Notes under the pieces: model-generated
Seen by the model: the letters and a program-made list of their open reading frames with translations, nothing else
Databases searched by the model: none
What the model was told of the DNA's origin: nothing
Part shown: in pieces, positions 30,070 through 41,102 of the stretch
How the letters are laid out: every line of letters begins with the position of its first letter
Position numbering within the stretch: position 1 is the first letter of the stretch
From: an uncultured bacterium
Lineage (GTDB): Bacteria > Sysuimicrobiota > Sysuimicrobiia > Sysuimicrobiales > Sysuimicrobiaceae
Direction: 5' to 3'
DNA length: 64,000 bases
Assembly (NCBI GenBank): GCA_938028835.1
Contig: CALIMJ010000006.1
Location: forward strand, 4,759 to 68,758
Program-made: the position numbers and the translations under genes

Positions 30070-31481
30070 CGTGCCACCTCCAGGGCCATCCGGCCTGCCA
30101 GCTCCTCCTGGGGCTGGTCGGTGGGGTACTGCCCGTCCAGGCACGCCATGCACAGCTCCGCCCGGCTCAGTCCGACGGCCTCCACCAGGCCTTCCTGACT
30201 CAGGTAGCCCAGGGAGTCCGCGCCGATGCGCTCGCGGATCTGCTCGACGTCCAGCTCCGCGGCCACCAGCTGGCGGCGGCTGCTGGTGTCCACCCCGTAG
30301 AAGCACGGCCACCGGATGGGCGGGGACGAGATGCGCACGTGCACCTCCCGCGCTCCGGCCTCCCGCAGCACCTGCACGATCTTGCCGCTGGTGGTGCCCC
30401 GGACGATGCTGTCGTCCACCAGCACCACCCGCTGGCCGGCCACCAGCTCCCGCACGGGGTTCAGCTTGACCCGCACCCCGAGGTCCCGGCGCTGCGGGTC
30501 CGGCTCGATGAAGGTCCGGCCCACGTACCGGTTCTTCACCAGGGCCAGCTCGAACCGCAGGCCGCTCTGCTCCGCGAACCCCAGCGCCGCGGACGTCCCC
30601 GAGTCCGGCACGGGCACCACCAGGTCCGCGTCCGCGGGGTGCTCCCGGGCCAGCACCCGCCCCATGGCGCGCCGTACCCTGTGCACGTTTCGGCCCACCA
30701 GGTTGGTGTCGGGCCGCGCGAAGTAGATGAACTCGAAGACGCAGTGCGCCCGCCTGGGGGAGGGCAGCACCACCTCTCCGTGGAGCTGGCCGTCCCGCAC
30801 CCCCACCAGCTCCCCTGGGAGGACGTCCCGTACGAAGACCGCGCCGATCTGGTCAAACGCGCACGTCTCTGAGGCCACCACCCACCCGTCCCCGATGCGG
30901 CCCAGGACCAGGGGCCGGATGGCCAAGGGATCCCGGAACGCGAACAGCGTCCCGTCCACGAGGGCCACCACGGTGTACGCGCCCTCCAAACGCTCCATGG
31001 CCACCCGGATGGCCGCCTCCGGCGTGCGGCGGGAGCTGGTGGCCACGCACCACGCCAGCACCTCGGTGTCGGAGCTGCCCCGGAAGCGCACCCCGCGACG
31101 CTCGAGCTCCTCCCGCAGCTGCGGGGCGTTAGTGAGGTTGCCGTTGTGGGCCACCGCCAGCGTGCCCCACGGGGACGGCACCGCCACCGGTTGGGCGTTC
31201 TCCAGCACCGCGGACCCCATGGTGGAGTAGCGCACGTGGCCGATCCCCAGGCTCCCGGGCAGCGCCGAGAGCCGCTCGTCGAAGACCCGGCTTGCCAGGC
31301 CCATGCCCTTGTGCAGGTGCAGGCCCGCCTCGCTCCAGGTGGCGATTCCCGCACTCTCCTGGCCCCGGTGCTGCAGCGCCAGCAGGCCCAGGTACACCAG
31401 CGGGGCCACCGTCTGCCCGGGCCAGGCGATGCCGAACACCCCGCACTCCTCGCGGGGGCCCTCACGCCAGGGATCCTTCAT
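30066..31481 (-). CDS. purF: Amidophosphoribosyltransferase
   Basis: EECGVFG propeptide/Cys, QHRGQESAG, GHVRYST, VDDSIVRGTT. Confidence 0.95.
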   Translation of the reverse strand: MKDPWREGPREECGVFGIAWPGQTVAPLVYLGLLALQHRGQESAGIATWSEAGLHLHKGMGLASRVFDERLSALPGSLGIGHVRYSTMGSAVLENAQPVAVPSPWGTLAVAHNGNLTNAPQLREELERRGVRFRGSSDTEVLAWCVATSSRRTPEAAIRVAMERLEGAYTVVALVDGTLFAFRDPLAIRPLVLGRIGDGWVVASETCAFDQIGAVFVRDVLPGELVGVRDGQLHGEVVLPSPRRAHCVFEFIYFARPDTNLVGRNVHRVRRAMGRVLAREHPADADLVVPVPDSGTSAALGFAEQSGLRFELALVKNRYVGRTFIEPDPQRRDLGVRVKLNPVRELVAGQRVVLVDDSIVRGTTSGKIVQVLREAGAREVHVRISSPPIRWPCFYGVDTSSRRQLVAAELDVEQIRERIGADSLGYLSQEGLVEAVGLSRAELCMACLDGQYPTDQPQEELAGRMALEVAR

Positions 31482-33679
31482 CGGTACGCCTCCCACGCCG
31501 ACCGGAGCTCCACCACGGGAACCGCCACCTCCGCGTCCGGCAGCCTCAGGTGCAGCTGGTCTCCGCCCACGTAGCCCAGCAGGCGGAGGGGTACGCCAGC
31601 CCGCGCGCACAGGGCCGCGAACGCCTCGTACCGCTCGGGCGGTACGGACACCAGCACCCGCGACGGCCCCTCCCCGAACAGGCTCAGGTCCGTTTGGATC
31701 CCGAACAACTCGGGGCTGAGGGTGCACCGGGCCCCGATCCCGCCGGCCACGCACGCCTCGGCCAGGGCCACCGCAAGCCCGCCTTCGCTGAGGTCGTGGG
31801 CGGACCGCACTAGCCCCTCCTCCGCGGCGCGCACCAGCACGTCCAGAAGCCGCCGGTGCAGACCCAGGTCCGGCCGCACCGGCGCGCCCGCCACCTTCCC
31901 GTGGAGGGTGCGCAGGTACTCGCTGCCGCCCAGAGAAACGCGGTCCGAGCCCACCAGCGCCACCACGTCCCCCGCGGCCCCGAAGCCCGTGCTCAGGGCC
32001 CGGGTCACGTCCTCCATCACACCCAGGCAGGCCACCACCGGAGTGGGGTAGACGGCGCCGTGCTCGGACTCGTTGTACAGACTCACGTTCCCGCCCACCA
32101 CGGGCACTCCCAGGGCGCGGCAGGCGTCCGCGATTCCGTCCACGACCCCTGCCAGCTCCCACGCCACCTCGGGCCGCTCGGGGTTCCCCAGGTTCAGCCC
32201 GTCGGTGACCGCCACGGGTCTCGCACCCACACACGCCACGTTCAGGGTGGCCTCGCACACCGCAGCCGCCCCACCCGCCCAGGGGTCCAGGTAGGAGATG
32301 CGGCCGTTCCCGTCCACGCTCAGGGCGATCCCTCGGGGTGGAGCTTCCAGGAGCCGCAGCACCGCCGCGTCCGCGCCAGGCGGCACGACCGTCCGCAGCT
32401 GCACCATGTGATCGTACTGCGTGTAGATGGGCCGCTTGCTGACCACAGATGGCGACCGCAGGAGGCTCAGCAGCGCCTGTGCGGGGTCTGGCTTGGGCAG
32501 GCCGCTGAGGTCGGCGTCCCTCAGCGCCCGCCGCGCCTGGGGCTCCTGTTCAGGCACCCGGTAGGTGGGCGCGTCCGTCAGGGCGGAGGGAGGGAGCTCC
32601 ACCACCAACGCGTCGCCGTCGTAGGCGCGCAGCACGGGTTCGGCGGTCACCTGGCCCACCACCTCCGCGTGCAGCCCCCACCGCCGGTACGCCCGCAGGA
32701 CCTCCTCCTCCCGGCCCCGCTGCACCACCAGCAGCATCCGCTCCTGCGACTCCGACAGGAGCACCTCCGCGGGCGTCATCCCGCGCTCGCGCCTGGGGAC
32801 CCGGTCCAGATAGAGGACCATCCCCGTGCGGCCGCGGGCGCTCATCTCCGCGGCCGCGCACGTGATCCCCGCGGCCCCCATGTCCTGCAAGGCCACCACC
32901 GCGCCGGTCTGGAGCGCCTCCAGGGTGGCCTCGATGAGCAGCTTGCCCGCGAACGGGTCCCCGATCTGCACCGCACCGCGGTCCGACTCCGCGGAAGTTT
33001 CCTCCAGCTGTTCGGAAGCGAACGCCGCCCCGCCGATGCCGTCCCGGCCCGTACGGGCGCCCGCGTACACCACAGAGTTTCCGGGCCCCGCGGCCGCCGA
33101 GCCGAACACCCGGGAGGAAGGCAGCAACCCGACACAGGCCACGTTCACCAGGGGGTTGGCCCGGTAGCAGTCCTCGTACAGGACCTCCCCACCGACCACG
33201 GGCACGCCCACGGAGTTGCCGTAGTGGCTGATCCCTGCCACCACGCCTTCCCGCAGCCGGCGGGACTGCGGGTCTTCCGGCGGCCCGAACCGCAGGCTGT
33301 CCAGCAGCGCCACCGGCCGGGCGCCCATGCTCAGCACGTCCCGCAGGATGCCGCCCACACCCGTGGCCGCGCCGTGGAAGGGGTCCACCGCGCTGGGGTG
33401 GTTGTGGCTTTCTACCTTCAGGGCGGCAGCGAGACCGGGTGCTACCTCCACCACCCCCGCGTTCTCCCCGGGGCCCCGCAGAACTCCGGGGCCAGCGGTG
33501 GGCAGACGCTTGAGGTAGGGGCGGGAGTGCTTGTACGCGCAGTGCTCGGACCACATGACCCCGAACATGCGCAGCTCGGTGGGGTTGGGCCGGCGGCCGA
33601 GGAGGGCGCAGACCCGTTCGTACTCCTCCCGCCGCAGCCCCGCGGCCTCCCATTCGGGAATCTGCGTTACCGCCGTCAT
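31478..33679 (-). CDS. purL: FGAM synthase large subunit
   Basis: [46 protein letters not shown]. Confidence 0.95.
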   Translation of the reverse strand: MTAVTQIPEWEAAGLRREEYERVCALLGRRPNPTELRMFGVMWSEHCAYKHSRPYLKRLPTAGPGVLRGPGENAGVVEVAPGLAAALKVESHNHPSAVDPFHGAATGVGGILRDVLSMGARPVALLDSLRFGPPEDPQSRRLREGVVAGISHYGNSVGVPVVGGEVLYEDCYRANPLVNVACVGLLPSSRVFGSAAAGPGNSVVYAGARTGRDGIGGAAFASEQLEETSAESDRGAVQIGDPFAGKLLIEATLEALQTGAVVALQDMGAAGITCAAAEMSARGRTGMVLYLDRVPRRERGMTPAEVLLSESQERMLLVVQRGREEEVLRAYRRWGLHAEVVGQVTAEPVLRAYDGDALVVELPPSALTDAPTYRVPEQEPQARRALRDADLSGLPKPDPAQALLSLLRSPSVVSKRPIYTQYDHMVQLRTVVPPGADAAVLRLLEAPPRGIALSVDGNGRISYLDPWAGGAAAVCEATLNVACVGARPVAVTDGLNLGNPERPEVAWELAGVVDGIADACRALGVPVVGGNVSLYNESEHGAVYPTPVVACLGVMEDVTRALSTGFGAAGDVVALVGSDRVSLGGSEYLRTLHGKVAGAPVRPDLGLHRRLLDVLVRAAEEGLVRSAHDLSEGGLAVALAEACVAGGIGARCTLSPELFGIQTDLSLFGEGPSRVLVSVPPERYEAFAALCARAGVPLRLLGYVGGDQLHLRLPDAEVAVPVVELRSAWEAYR

Positions 33680-34407
33680 CGCGTCCTCCCCGCAGCCAGA
33701 AGTGCCCGGTCCCGCAGCCACCGGTACATGCTCTCGAACAGCCGCCGGCCGTCCTGCCCGCCCAACACCGCCTCCGAGCACCGCTCCGGGTGGGGCATCA
33801 GGCCCAGGACGTTGCCCTCCCGGTTCGCGAGGCCCGCGATGTGGTGCAGTGAGCCGTTCGGGTTGGCCTCCGGGGTGGTGCGGCCGTCCCGGTCCACGTA
33901 CCGGAACACCACCTGGCCGCGCTGCTCCAGCTCCTCCAGCACCTCCGGCGGCGCGTGGTACCGGCCGTCCCCGTGGGCGATGGGCATGCGCACCACCTCC
34001 CCCGGCGCGTACAGGCTGGTGAACGGCGTGTCGGCCCGCTCCACCCTCAGGGTGGTCCACTCGCACCGGAACGTGGCCCCCCGGTTCCGCACCAGCGCGC
34101 CGGGCAGCAGCCCGGCCTCCAGCAGGACCTGGAACCCGTTGCAGATCCCCACCACCAGCCCGCCGGCGCCCGCAAACCGCCGGACCGCCCGCACCACCGG
34201 GCTGGTGGCGGCCACCGCCCCGGGCCGCAGGTAGTCCCCGTAGGAGAACCCGCCTGGCAGCACCACCGCGTCGAAACCTGAGAGGTCCTCCTCCTCATGC
34301 CACACGAACTCCGCGGGGTAGCCCAGCACGTCCCGCAGCACGTGCAGGCAGTCCCGGTCACAGTTGGACCCGGGGAACACCACCACGGCGAAACGCGGGT
34401 CCCGCAT
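33676..34407 (-). CDS. purQ: FGAM synthase glutaminase subunit
   Basis: [31 protein letters not shown]. Confidence 0.95.
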   Translation of the reverse strand: MRDPRFAVVVFPGSNCDRDCLHVLRDVLGYPAEFVWHEEEDLSGFDAVVLPGGFSYGDYLRPGAVAATSPVVRAVRRFAGAGGLVVGICNGFQVLLEAGLLPGALVRNRGATFRCEWTTLRVERADTPFTSLYAPGEVVRMPIAHGDGRYHAPPEVLEELEQRGQVVFRYVDRDGRTTPEANPNGSLHHIAGLANREGNVLGLMPHPERCSEAVLGGQDGRRLFESMYRWLRDRALLAAGRTR

Positions 34408-34658
34408 CACGGGGTCGGCACCTCCTCCCGCTCGTACACCTCGTAGTCCTCGATGAGCGGGTTGGTGAGGAACCGCTCGCACAGCTCCCGCACCCGCTCC
34501 CGCCACCTTTCCTCGGGCACCGTCAGCTCGAACGCCTTGCCCACCCGGACCTCAGACGCCTCCAGGCCCAGGGCCCGCAGGCCCGTCTGGACCGCCTGTC
34601 CCTGCGCGTCCAGCACACCCGGCTTCAGGAACACCACCACCCGCACGCGCTTGTTCAC
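34407..34658 (-). CDS. purS: FGAM synthase PurS subunit
   Basis: [24 protein letters not shown]. Confidence 0.92.
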   Translation of the reverse strand: MNKRVRVVVFLKPGVLDAQGQAVQTGLRALGLEASEVRVGKAFELTVPEERWRERVRELCERFLTNPLIEDYEVYEREEVPTP

Positions 34659-35539
34659 AGCTCCACCTCGCGCCCCGTGATCCGCCGGAAGGCCTCCAGG
34701 TACCGCGCCCGCAGCTCCGCCACCAGCTCCGCGGGCAGCTCCGGACCGGGCGGGGCCTTGTCCCAGCCCACCCGCTCCAGGTAGTCCCGCAGCAGCTGCT
34801 TGTCGAAGGGCTCGAGTTCGCCCCGCCGGTACGCCTCCGCGTCCCAGTACCGGGAGGAGTCCGGGGTGCCCACCTCGTCGATGAGCACCAGCTGGCCGTC
34901 GACCCACCCGAACTCGAACTTGGTGTCCGCCAGCAGCAGGCCCCGCGGTTCCACGTGTGCTGCCATGTGGCGGTACAGCCGCACGCTGGCCTCCCGCAGC
35001 CGGGCCGCCAGCTCCTCGCCCACCGCGGCCGCCACGAACTCGAAGGTGACGTTCTCGTCGTGGCCCGAAGCGCTCTTGGTGGCGGGGGTGAACAGGGGCT
35101 CCGGCAGCCGCGCGCCGGGCTGCAGACCCGCGGGCAGCTCCACCCCGCACACCCGGCCGCTTTGCCGGTACTCCTTCCACGCGGAGCCTGCCAGGTAGCC
35201 GCGGACCACGCACTCGAAGTCCACCCGCTGCGCCCGCCGGACCAGCATGCTGCGGCCCCGCAGCGCGCCCAACTCCGATTCGTCCAACCCCGTGGCCTGC
35301 GCGATCCCCCTCAGGTCGGTGGTCACCAGGTGGTTGGGGACGATGGAGCGCGTCCGCTGGAACCAGAAGCTGGACAGCTGCGTCAGGACCTTGCCGCGGT
35401 CCGGCACGGGGGTGGACAGGACCACGTCGAAGGCGCTGATGCGGTCGGTGGCCACCACCAGCAGGTACTCCCCCAGGTCGTACACGTCCCGGACCTTCCC
35501 CCGGCAGAACAGGGGGAGCTCGAGAGCGGTGTGGGTCAC
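34655..35539 (-). CDS. purC: SAICAR synthetase
   Basis: GKVRDVY, ATDRISAFD, ECVVRGY, ADTKFEFG, TPDSSR. Confidence 0.95.
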   Translation of the reverse strand: MTHTALELPLFCRGKVRDVYDLGEYLLVVATDRISAFDVVLSTPVPDRGKVLTQLSSFWFQRTRSIVPNHLVTTDLRGIAQATGLDESELGALRGRSMLVRRAQRVDFECVVRGYLAGSAWKEYRQSGRVCGVELPAGLQPGARLPEPLFTPATKSASGHDENVTFEFVAAAVGEELAARLREASVRLYRHMAAHVEPRGLLLADTKFEFGWVDGQLVLIDEVGTPDSSRYWDAEAYRRGELEPFDKQLLRDYLERVGWDKAPPGPELPAELVAELRARYLEAFRRITGREVEL

Positions 35540-36870
35540 CGTGCCACCTCCTGCCGCCGGGGAACGCCCACCCGCTCCAGGATCTCGTCCGCGTACTTCA
35601 GGTACGGGGCGGGGTCCAGGCACTCGCGCAGGGCCGCTTCGTCCGCCACCTCCCGCACCGCCGGGTCCTCCACGAGCCGCCGCACCAGGGCGTCCGGCGG
35701 CGGAGCGGGGTCCTCCCATACCGCTGCCGCAGCCCGCTGCACGGCGGCGTAGGCCGCGTCCCGGGACAGCCCCAGCTCCACCAGCCGCAGGAGCACTCGG
35801 TGGGAGTACACGAGCCCGCCCGTGGACTCCAGGTTCCGCCGCATACGGTCCGCGTCCACCCGCAGCCCGTCGAGCACCTGCCGGAGCTTGCGCAGCATGT
35901 AGTGCAGCAACGTGGTGGCTCCGGAGAGGACGACGCGCTCGTTGGACGAGTGGGTGATGTCCCGCTCGCCCCACAGGGCCTGGTTCTCCAGGGCCACCAC
36001 CGCGCAGCCCCGCAGCATCCGGCTCAGCCCCACCACCCGCTCGCTGAGGATGGGGTTGCGCTTGTGGGGCATGGCGGAAGACCCCGTCTGGCCGGCGGCG
36101 AAGGGCTCCTCCAGCTCCCGGATCTCCGTGCGCTGCAGGGACCGCACCTCCGTGGCGATGCGCTCCAGGCTGCCGCCCACTACCGCGAGGGCGGCCAGGT
36201 AGTGGGCGTGCCGGTCCCGTTGGATCACCTGGGAGGAGGCCGGGTCCACGGCGAGCCCCAGCCTGGCGCACACGTACGCCTCCACCTGCGGGGGCAGGTG
36301 CGCGTAGTTGCCCACCTCCCCGGAAAGCTTGCCCACCCGTACGGCCTCCCGCGCCTGTCGCAGGCGCTCCCTTCCGCGTTCCAGCTCCGCGATCCAGGTG
36401 GCCACCTTGCACCCGAAGGTGATGGGTTCTGCCTGGACGCCGTGGGTGCGGCCGGCCATCAGGGTGTAGCGATGACGGTCTGCCAGCTCCCGCAGGACTC
36501 CCAGCAGCCGGTCCAGCTCCTCCAGCAACAGGTCCGCGGCCCGAACCAGGAGCACCGCGGTGGCGGTATCCACCACGTCCGAGGAGCCCAGGCCCCGGTG
36601 CAGGTAGCGGGCGTCCTCCCCCAGCTCCTCCGAGACCACCCGCAGGAACGCCACCACGTCGTGGTGGGTCTCGCGTTCCTCCACCTCCCGGACCCGGTCG
36701 GGGTCTGGGACCCGGGCGCGCTCCCGCATCCTCCGCACGGCTTCCACGGGCACCTGGCCCAGCTGGGCCTGCGCCTCCGCGGCCAGCAGCTCCACCTCCA
36801 GCCAGGTGGCGAGCTTGCTGCGCTCGCTCCACAGCTCGGCCATCTCCGGGGTCGTGTACCGCGGGATCAC
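35536..36870 (-). CDS. purB: Adenylosuccinate lyase
   Basis: MIPRYT, GRTHG, SSAMPHKRNP signature. Confidence 0.95.
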   Translation of the reverse strand: MIPRYTTPEMAELWSERSKLATWLEVELLAAEAQAQLGQVPVEAVRRMRERARVPDPDRVREVEERETHHDVVAFLRVVSEELGEDARYLHRGLGSSDVVDTATAVLLVRAADLLLEELDRLLGVLRELADRHRYTLMAGRTHGVQAEPITFGCKVATWIAELERGRERLRQAREAVRVGKLSGEVGNYAHLPPQVEAYVCARLGLAVDPASSQVIQRDRHAHYLAALAVVGGSLERIATEVRSLQRTEIRELEEPFAAGQTGSSAMPHKRNPILSERVVGLSRMLRGCAVVALENQALWGERDITHSSNERVVLSGATTLLHYMLRKLRQVLDGLRVDADRMRRNLESTGGLVYSHRVLLRLVELGLSRDAAYAAVQRAAAAVWEDPAPPPDALVRRLVEDPAVREVADEAALRECLDPAPYLKYADEILERVGVPRRQEVAR

Positions 36871-38150
36871 AGCACGCCTCCCGGGGTGTACACGGTCTGC
36901 TCACGGCGCGGCCCGGTCCCGATCATGGTCACCGGTGCCCCGCACAGTTCCTGCACCCGCTCCACGAACCGCCGGGCCTGCGGGGGAAGGTCCCCGTACC
37001 GGGTCGCGCCGTGGGTGGAGCTCTTCCACCCCGGCAGCTCCTCGTACACCGGCCGGACGCGCTCCAGCACCGGCGTGGGCGGCACCGTGTTCAGGCGCTC
37101 GCCCCGGTACTCGTAAGCCACGCACACCCGCACGGGGTCGAAGTGGTCTAGCACGTCCAGCTTCATCAGGGCGATCTCCGTGCACCCATTCAGGCGCGAG
37201 GCGAACCGGGCGGCCACCCCGTCGAACCAGCCGCACCGCCGGGGCCGGCCGGTGGTGGCGCCGTACTCCTGCCCCAGCTCCCGGAGCCGGGCGCCGTCGG
37301 GGCCGGCCTCCTCGGTGGGCATGGGGCCGGAGCCCACTGCGGTGGTGTACGACTTCACCACGCCCACCACCCGGGTGATGCGGTGGGGCGGGATGCCGGC
37401 GCCCGAGCACGCGCCGCCCGCCAGGGTCGTGGAGGACGTCACGTAGGGGTAGATGCCCCAGTCCACGTCCCGCATGGTGCCGAGGTGCCCCTCCAGCAGC
37501 ACCGGCTCGTCCCACTCCAGGGCCTGCTGGACCACCTCGAACCCGTCCGTCACGTACGGCCGCAGGCGCTCCGCCCACGCCTGGCAGGCCCGGCGCACCG
37601 CCGCGGGGTCCAGGACCGGCTGCCCGTGCACCCGCTCCAGGTAGGCGTTGTGCCGGCGCAGGGACGCCTCCAGCTGCGCAGCCAGCATCTCCGGGTGGTA
37701 CAGGTCCGCCACCCGAAGCCCTACCCGCGCCACCTTGTCGGTGTACGAGGGCCAGATCCCCTGTCGGGTGGTGCCGTGGGCTCCGGATCCCCGCGCCTCC
37801 TCCTCCAGCACGTCCAGCTGCACGTGGTGCGGCAGGGTGAGGTGGGCCCGGTCGGAAAGCAGCAGCTCCCCCCGGGCTAGGCCCCGCCGGACCAGGTCGT
37901 CGATCTCGTGCAGCAGCAGGTCCGGGTTGACGACACAACCGGGGCCGATGAGGTTGCGGCAGCCTGCGTGGAAGATGCCGGAGGGGACCAGGTGCAGCCG
38001 GAAGGTGCCCCACTCGTTGACGATGGTGTGGCCCGCGTTGGCGCCGCCGTTGAACCGCACCACCAACCGGGCGTGCTGGCTCAGGGCGTCGATGACCTTG
38101 CCCTTGCCCTCGTCGCCCCAGTGCAGGCCGACCACCGCGGTGACGGGCAT
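36867..38150 (-). CDS. purA: Adenylosuccinate synthetase
   Basis: WGDEGKGK, GGANAGHT, YPYVTSS, GATTGRPRRCGWFD. Confidence 0.95.
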   Translation of the reverse strand: MPVTAVVGLHWGDEGKGKVIDALSQHARLVVRFNGGANAGHTIVNEWGTFRLHLVPSGIFHAGCRNLIGPGCVVNPDLLLHEIDDLVRRGLARGELLLSDRAHLTLPHHVQLDVLEEEARGSGAHGTTRQGIWPSYTDKVARVGLRVADLYHPEMLAAQLEASLRRHNAYLERVHGQPVLDPAAVRRACQAWAERLRPYVTDGFEVVQQALEWDEPVLLEGHLGTMRDVDWGIYPYVTSSTTLAGGACSGAGIPPHRITRVVGVVKSYTTAVGSGPMPTEEAGPDGARLRELGQEYGATTGRPRRCGWFDGVAARFASRLNGCTEIALMKLDVLDHFDPVRVCVAYEYRGERLNTVPPTPVLERVRPVYEELPGWKSSTHGATRYGDLPPQARRFVERVQELCGAPVTMIGTGPRREQTVYTPGGVL

Positions 38151-39430
38151 CAGCGTTCCACTCCCGCGGAGTGCACCGCCCGCAGCCCGATGTCGGTCCG
38201 GTAGTGCATGCCCTCGAAGCGCACCTGCCCGAACACGCGGTAGGCAGCCTCGCGCGCGGAACGCACGTCCGGCCCCAGGCCCACCGCGTTCAGCACCCGT
38301 CCGCCCGCGGTCACCAGCCTGCCGTCCTGCTGGTCCACCCCCGCGCAGAAGACCAGGGTGTCCTCCGGGAGCTCGGCGTCCAGTCCGTGGATCGTCCGGC
38401 CCTTCACGGGGGAGTCGGGGTAGCCCTCCGCGGCGGCCACCACGCACACGGCAGCTTTCGGCTTCCACCGCAGCCGCACGTCCCCCAGCTTACCCTCGCA
38501 CGTGGCCCACAGCACCTCCGCGAGGTCACAGTCCAGCAGCGGCAGCAGCACCTGCGCTTCGGGGTCGCCGAACCGCGCGTTGAACTCCAGGACCTTCGGA
38601 CCCTCACGGGTCAGCATCAGCCCCGCGTACAGGACCCCGCGGAACCGCGCGCCGTCCCGGCACAGGGCCTCCGCGGCAGGCTCCAGGATCTCACGCCGCA
38701 CCCGGTCCGCAAGGGAAGCCGGCAGGTGCGAAAGCGGCGCCACCGCCCCCATCCCGCCGGTGTTGGGGCCCCGATCGCCGTCCCGAAGCCGCTTGTGGTC
38801 CTGCGCGAGGACCATGGGGACCACGCACTCACCGTCCACGAAGGCCAGGGCAGAGGCCTCCTCGCCCTCCAGGTACTCCTCCACCACCACCCGGCGCCCG
38901 GCCTCCCCGAACCTCCCTTCCACCATCAACGCACGCACCGCCTCCTCCGCCTCCTGCGGGTGGTTGCAGACTAGGGCGCCCTTCCCCGCGGCCAAGCCGT
39001 CCGCCTTCACCACACACCGCCCGCCCAGGGAACGCACCCACCTCACGGCCTCCTCAGGGGAGTCGAAGGACCGGTGCTCGGGCTGCGGGACCCCTGCCCG
39101 CGACAGCAGGTCCTTGGCGTACACCTTCGACCACTCGATCCGGGCCGCGGCCCGGGTGGGGCCGAAAACCCGGAACCCCTCGGCCTGGAGGGCGTCCACC
39201 AGGCCTTTTGCGAGGGGGTCCTCCGGACCCACCACCACCAGGTCCGGCCGCAGGTCGCGAGCAGCTGCCACCAGACCGGGCACGTCGGAGGAGCTGACCG
39301 GTACGCGGCGGGCCTCCCGCATCCCCGGGTTCCCCGGGGCGCAGTACACCGCCTGGACCAGGGGGCTGCGGCTCAGGGCCCACACCAGGGCGTGTTCCCG
39401 GCCGCCCGACCCCACGACCAGGAGTCTCAC
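38150..39430 (-). CDS. purD: Phosphoribosylamine--glycine ligase
   Basis: GSGGREHAL, KADGLAAGKG, QDHKR, GPNTGGMG, EFNARFGDPE. Confidence 0.95.
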   Translation of the reverse strand: MRLLVVGSGGREHALVWALSRSPLVQAVYCAPGNPGMREARRVPVSSSDVPGLVAAARDLRPDLVVVGPEDPLAKGLVDALQAEGFRVFGPTRAAARIEWSKVYAKDLLSRAGVPQPEHRSFDSPEEAVRWVRSLGGRCVVKADGLAAGKGALVCNHPQEAEEAVRALMVEGRFGEAGRRVVVEEYLEGEEASALAFVDGECVVPMVLAQDHKRLRDGDRGPNTGGMGAVAPLSHLPASLADRVRREILEPAAEALCRDGARFRGVLYAGLMLTREGPKVLEFNARFGDPEAQVLLPLLDCDLAEVLWATCEGKLGDVRLRWKPKAAVCVVAAAEGYPDSPVKGRTIHGLDAELPEDTLVFCAGVDQQDGRLVTAGGRVLNAVGLGPDVRSAREAAYRVFGQVRFEGMHYRTDIGLRAVHSAGVER

Positions 39431-39439
39431 GGGACCTCC

Positions 39440-39545
39440 GACAAAGTTCGCAATATTCGGACGATCCGTCGCTCCCAACAAAGCGTACCAGGAAGATCGC
39501 CCGAACCGGAAGGGCCGACCCGCAGATACGTTCGGCATAGTCGTA
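39440..39545 (-). promoter_or_regulatory. AT-richer pur operon leader with PurBox-like CGAA motifs
   Basis: Minus-strand ATGCCGAACGTAT, GTTCGG and TCCGAATATTGCGAACTTT resemble Bacillus/Lactococcus PurR boxes. Confidence 0.4.
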
Positions 39546-39587
39546 TGTGACTTGCGCGATAAACGCGCCTGCCAGGCTGAGGGTAGG

Positions 39588-40280
39588 TTGCGGGAGTTGG
39601 CGCAGTCGCTTTTCTCCGGGGCCGCCTACCGCTACGACCGGGTGGCCGCCTGGCTGAGTTATGGTCAGTACCCCCGGTGGCACCGCTTCCTGGTGTCCCG
39701 TATCCCGCCAGAGGCCCGTTGGGTCCTGGACGTGGCCACGGGCACCGCCAGCGTCGCCGTACTCCTGGCCCGCCGTGGCCACCGCGTGGTGGGGCTGGAC
39801 CTCACGGAGCCCATGCTGCGGGAGGCCGCACGCAAGGTCCAAAGCCTCCGCCTGCAGGACCGGGTGCTCCTGGTGCGAGGAGCAGCTGAGCAGCTTCCGT
39901 TTCCGGACGGCGCCTTCCACGCGCTCACGTTCACGTTCCTGCTGCGCTACGTGCAGGACCCACCCCAGGTGGTGGCCGAGCTCGGCCGTGTGGTGCGCCG
40001 CGGTGGCTGGATGGCTTCTTTGGAGTTCGGTGTGCCCGACCCGCCCTGGCGGTGGTGGTGGCGCGTGCACACCCGGGTGGTCCTGCCCGTGGGAGGCCGG
40101 CTGGTTTCGGACGGCTGGCACCGGGTGGGGCGCTTCCTGGGGTCGAGCATCGAGGCCTTCTGCCGCGCCCACCCTTTCCCGGAGGTGCGGGCCTGGTGGC
40201 AGCGAGCAGGGTTTGTGCAGGTGCGCCGCCGGCGGCTCAGCTTCGGGGCCGCGGAGGTGGTGTGGGGGCGCAAGCGGTGA
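39588..40280 (+). CDS. UbiE/MenG-like class I SAM-dependent methyltransferase
   Basis: YDRV, VLDVATGTA, GLDLTEPML, AEQLPFPD, LEFGVP. Start uncertain. Confidence 0.75.
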   Translation: MRELAQSLFSGAAYRYDRVAAWLSYGQYPRWHRFLVSRIPPEARWVLDVATGTASVAVLLARRGHRVVGLDLTEPMLREAARKVQSLRLQDRVLLVRGAAEQLPFPDGAFHALTFTFLLRYVQDPPQVVAELGRVVRRGGWMASLEFGVPDPPWRWWWRVHTRVVLPVGGRLVSDGWHRVGRFLGSSIEAFCRAHPFPEVRAWWQRAGFVQVRRRRLSFGAAEVVWGRKR

Positions 40281-41008
40281 GGGAGCTACCAAGCTTCTAC
40301 GCCCTGCCCGCAGGCGGCTGGCGGGACTACGTGACCCTCCTGCACCTCCCGTACACCGCCTGGCACCTCAGCTACGTGGCGCTGGGAGCCTGCGTGAGCT
40401 CCGAGTTCCACCCGGACCGTCTGGTGCAGGCGCTGGTGGCCTTCGCGCTCGGGCTCGGCGTGGCAGCCCACGCCCTGGACGAGTATCGGGGCCGGCCCCT
40501 GCGCACCGCGATCCCCGACCGGGTGCTGCTGGCGCTGGCTGCGGGCTCGCTGGCCGCAGCGGCGGCGGTGGCGGCCCGGGCGGCGCTGACCACGACCCCG
40601 TGGGTGTTGGCGCTGGCTGCTGCCGGTGTGTTCCTGGTGCTCGCGTACAACCTGGAGGGGTGGGGAGGCCGCTTCCACACGGACCGGTGGTTCGCCGTGG
40701 CGTGGGGCGCGTTCCCGGCCTTCGTGGGCCAGTGGTCCCAGAGCCTCCGCGTGGAGCCCGCGGGGCTGGCGGTGGTGCTGGCCGCGTACTTCATCAGCCG
40801 CGCCCAGCGCCACCTGAGCCGCCCTGCCCGCGACCTGCGTCGCCGGGTCCTCTCCGTCTCCGGTGAGCTCCGCTACGGCGACGGCCGCACCGAACCGCTC
40901 ACCGCCCGGAGCCTGCGGGAACCCCTGGAAGCGGCCCTTCGGGCCCTGTCGTGGGCGCTACCCCTCCTGGCCCTGGCCGGCGTCCTGGCCCGGCTGCGGC
41001 AGGTGTGA
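40277..41008 (+). CDS. Integral membrane protein, UbiA-prenyltransferase-like
   Basis: Multiple TM segments, LHLPYT, AAHALDEYRGRP, YNLE..GGRFH. GTGA-coupled to the methyltransferase. Confidence 0.55.
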   Translation: MRELPSFYALPAGGWRDYVTLLHLPYTAWHLSYVALGACVSSEFHPDRLVQALVAFALGLGVAAHALDEYRGRPLRTAIPDRVLLALAAGSLAAAAAVAARAALTTTPWVLALAAAGVFLVLAYNLEGWGGRFHTDRWFAVAWGAFPAFVGQWSQSLRVEPAGLAVVLAAYFISRAQRHLSRPARDLRRRVLSVSGELRYGDGRTEPLTARSLREPLEAALRALSWALPLLALAGVLARLRQV

Positions 41009-41102
41009 GCCTGACCAGGTCTGTGTCCGTCAGCCGGGCGGGGCCGGTGGCAGCCACGGTGCTGAAGTGACGTGGTGCCTGCCGGGAGGCCGGCCGCGCG
41101 CG

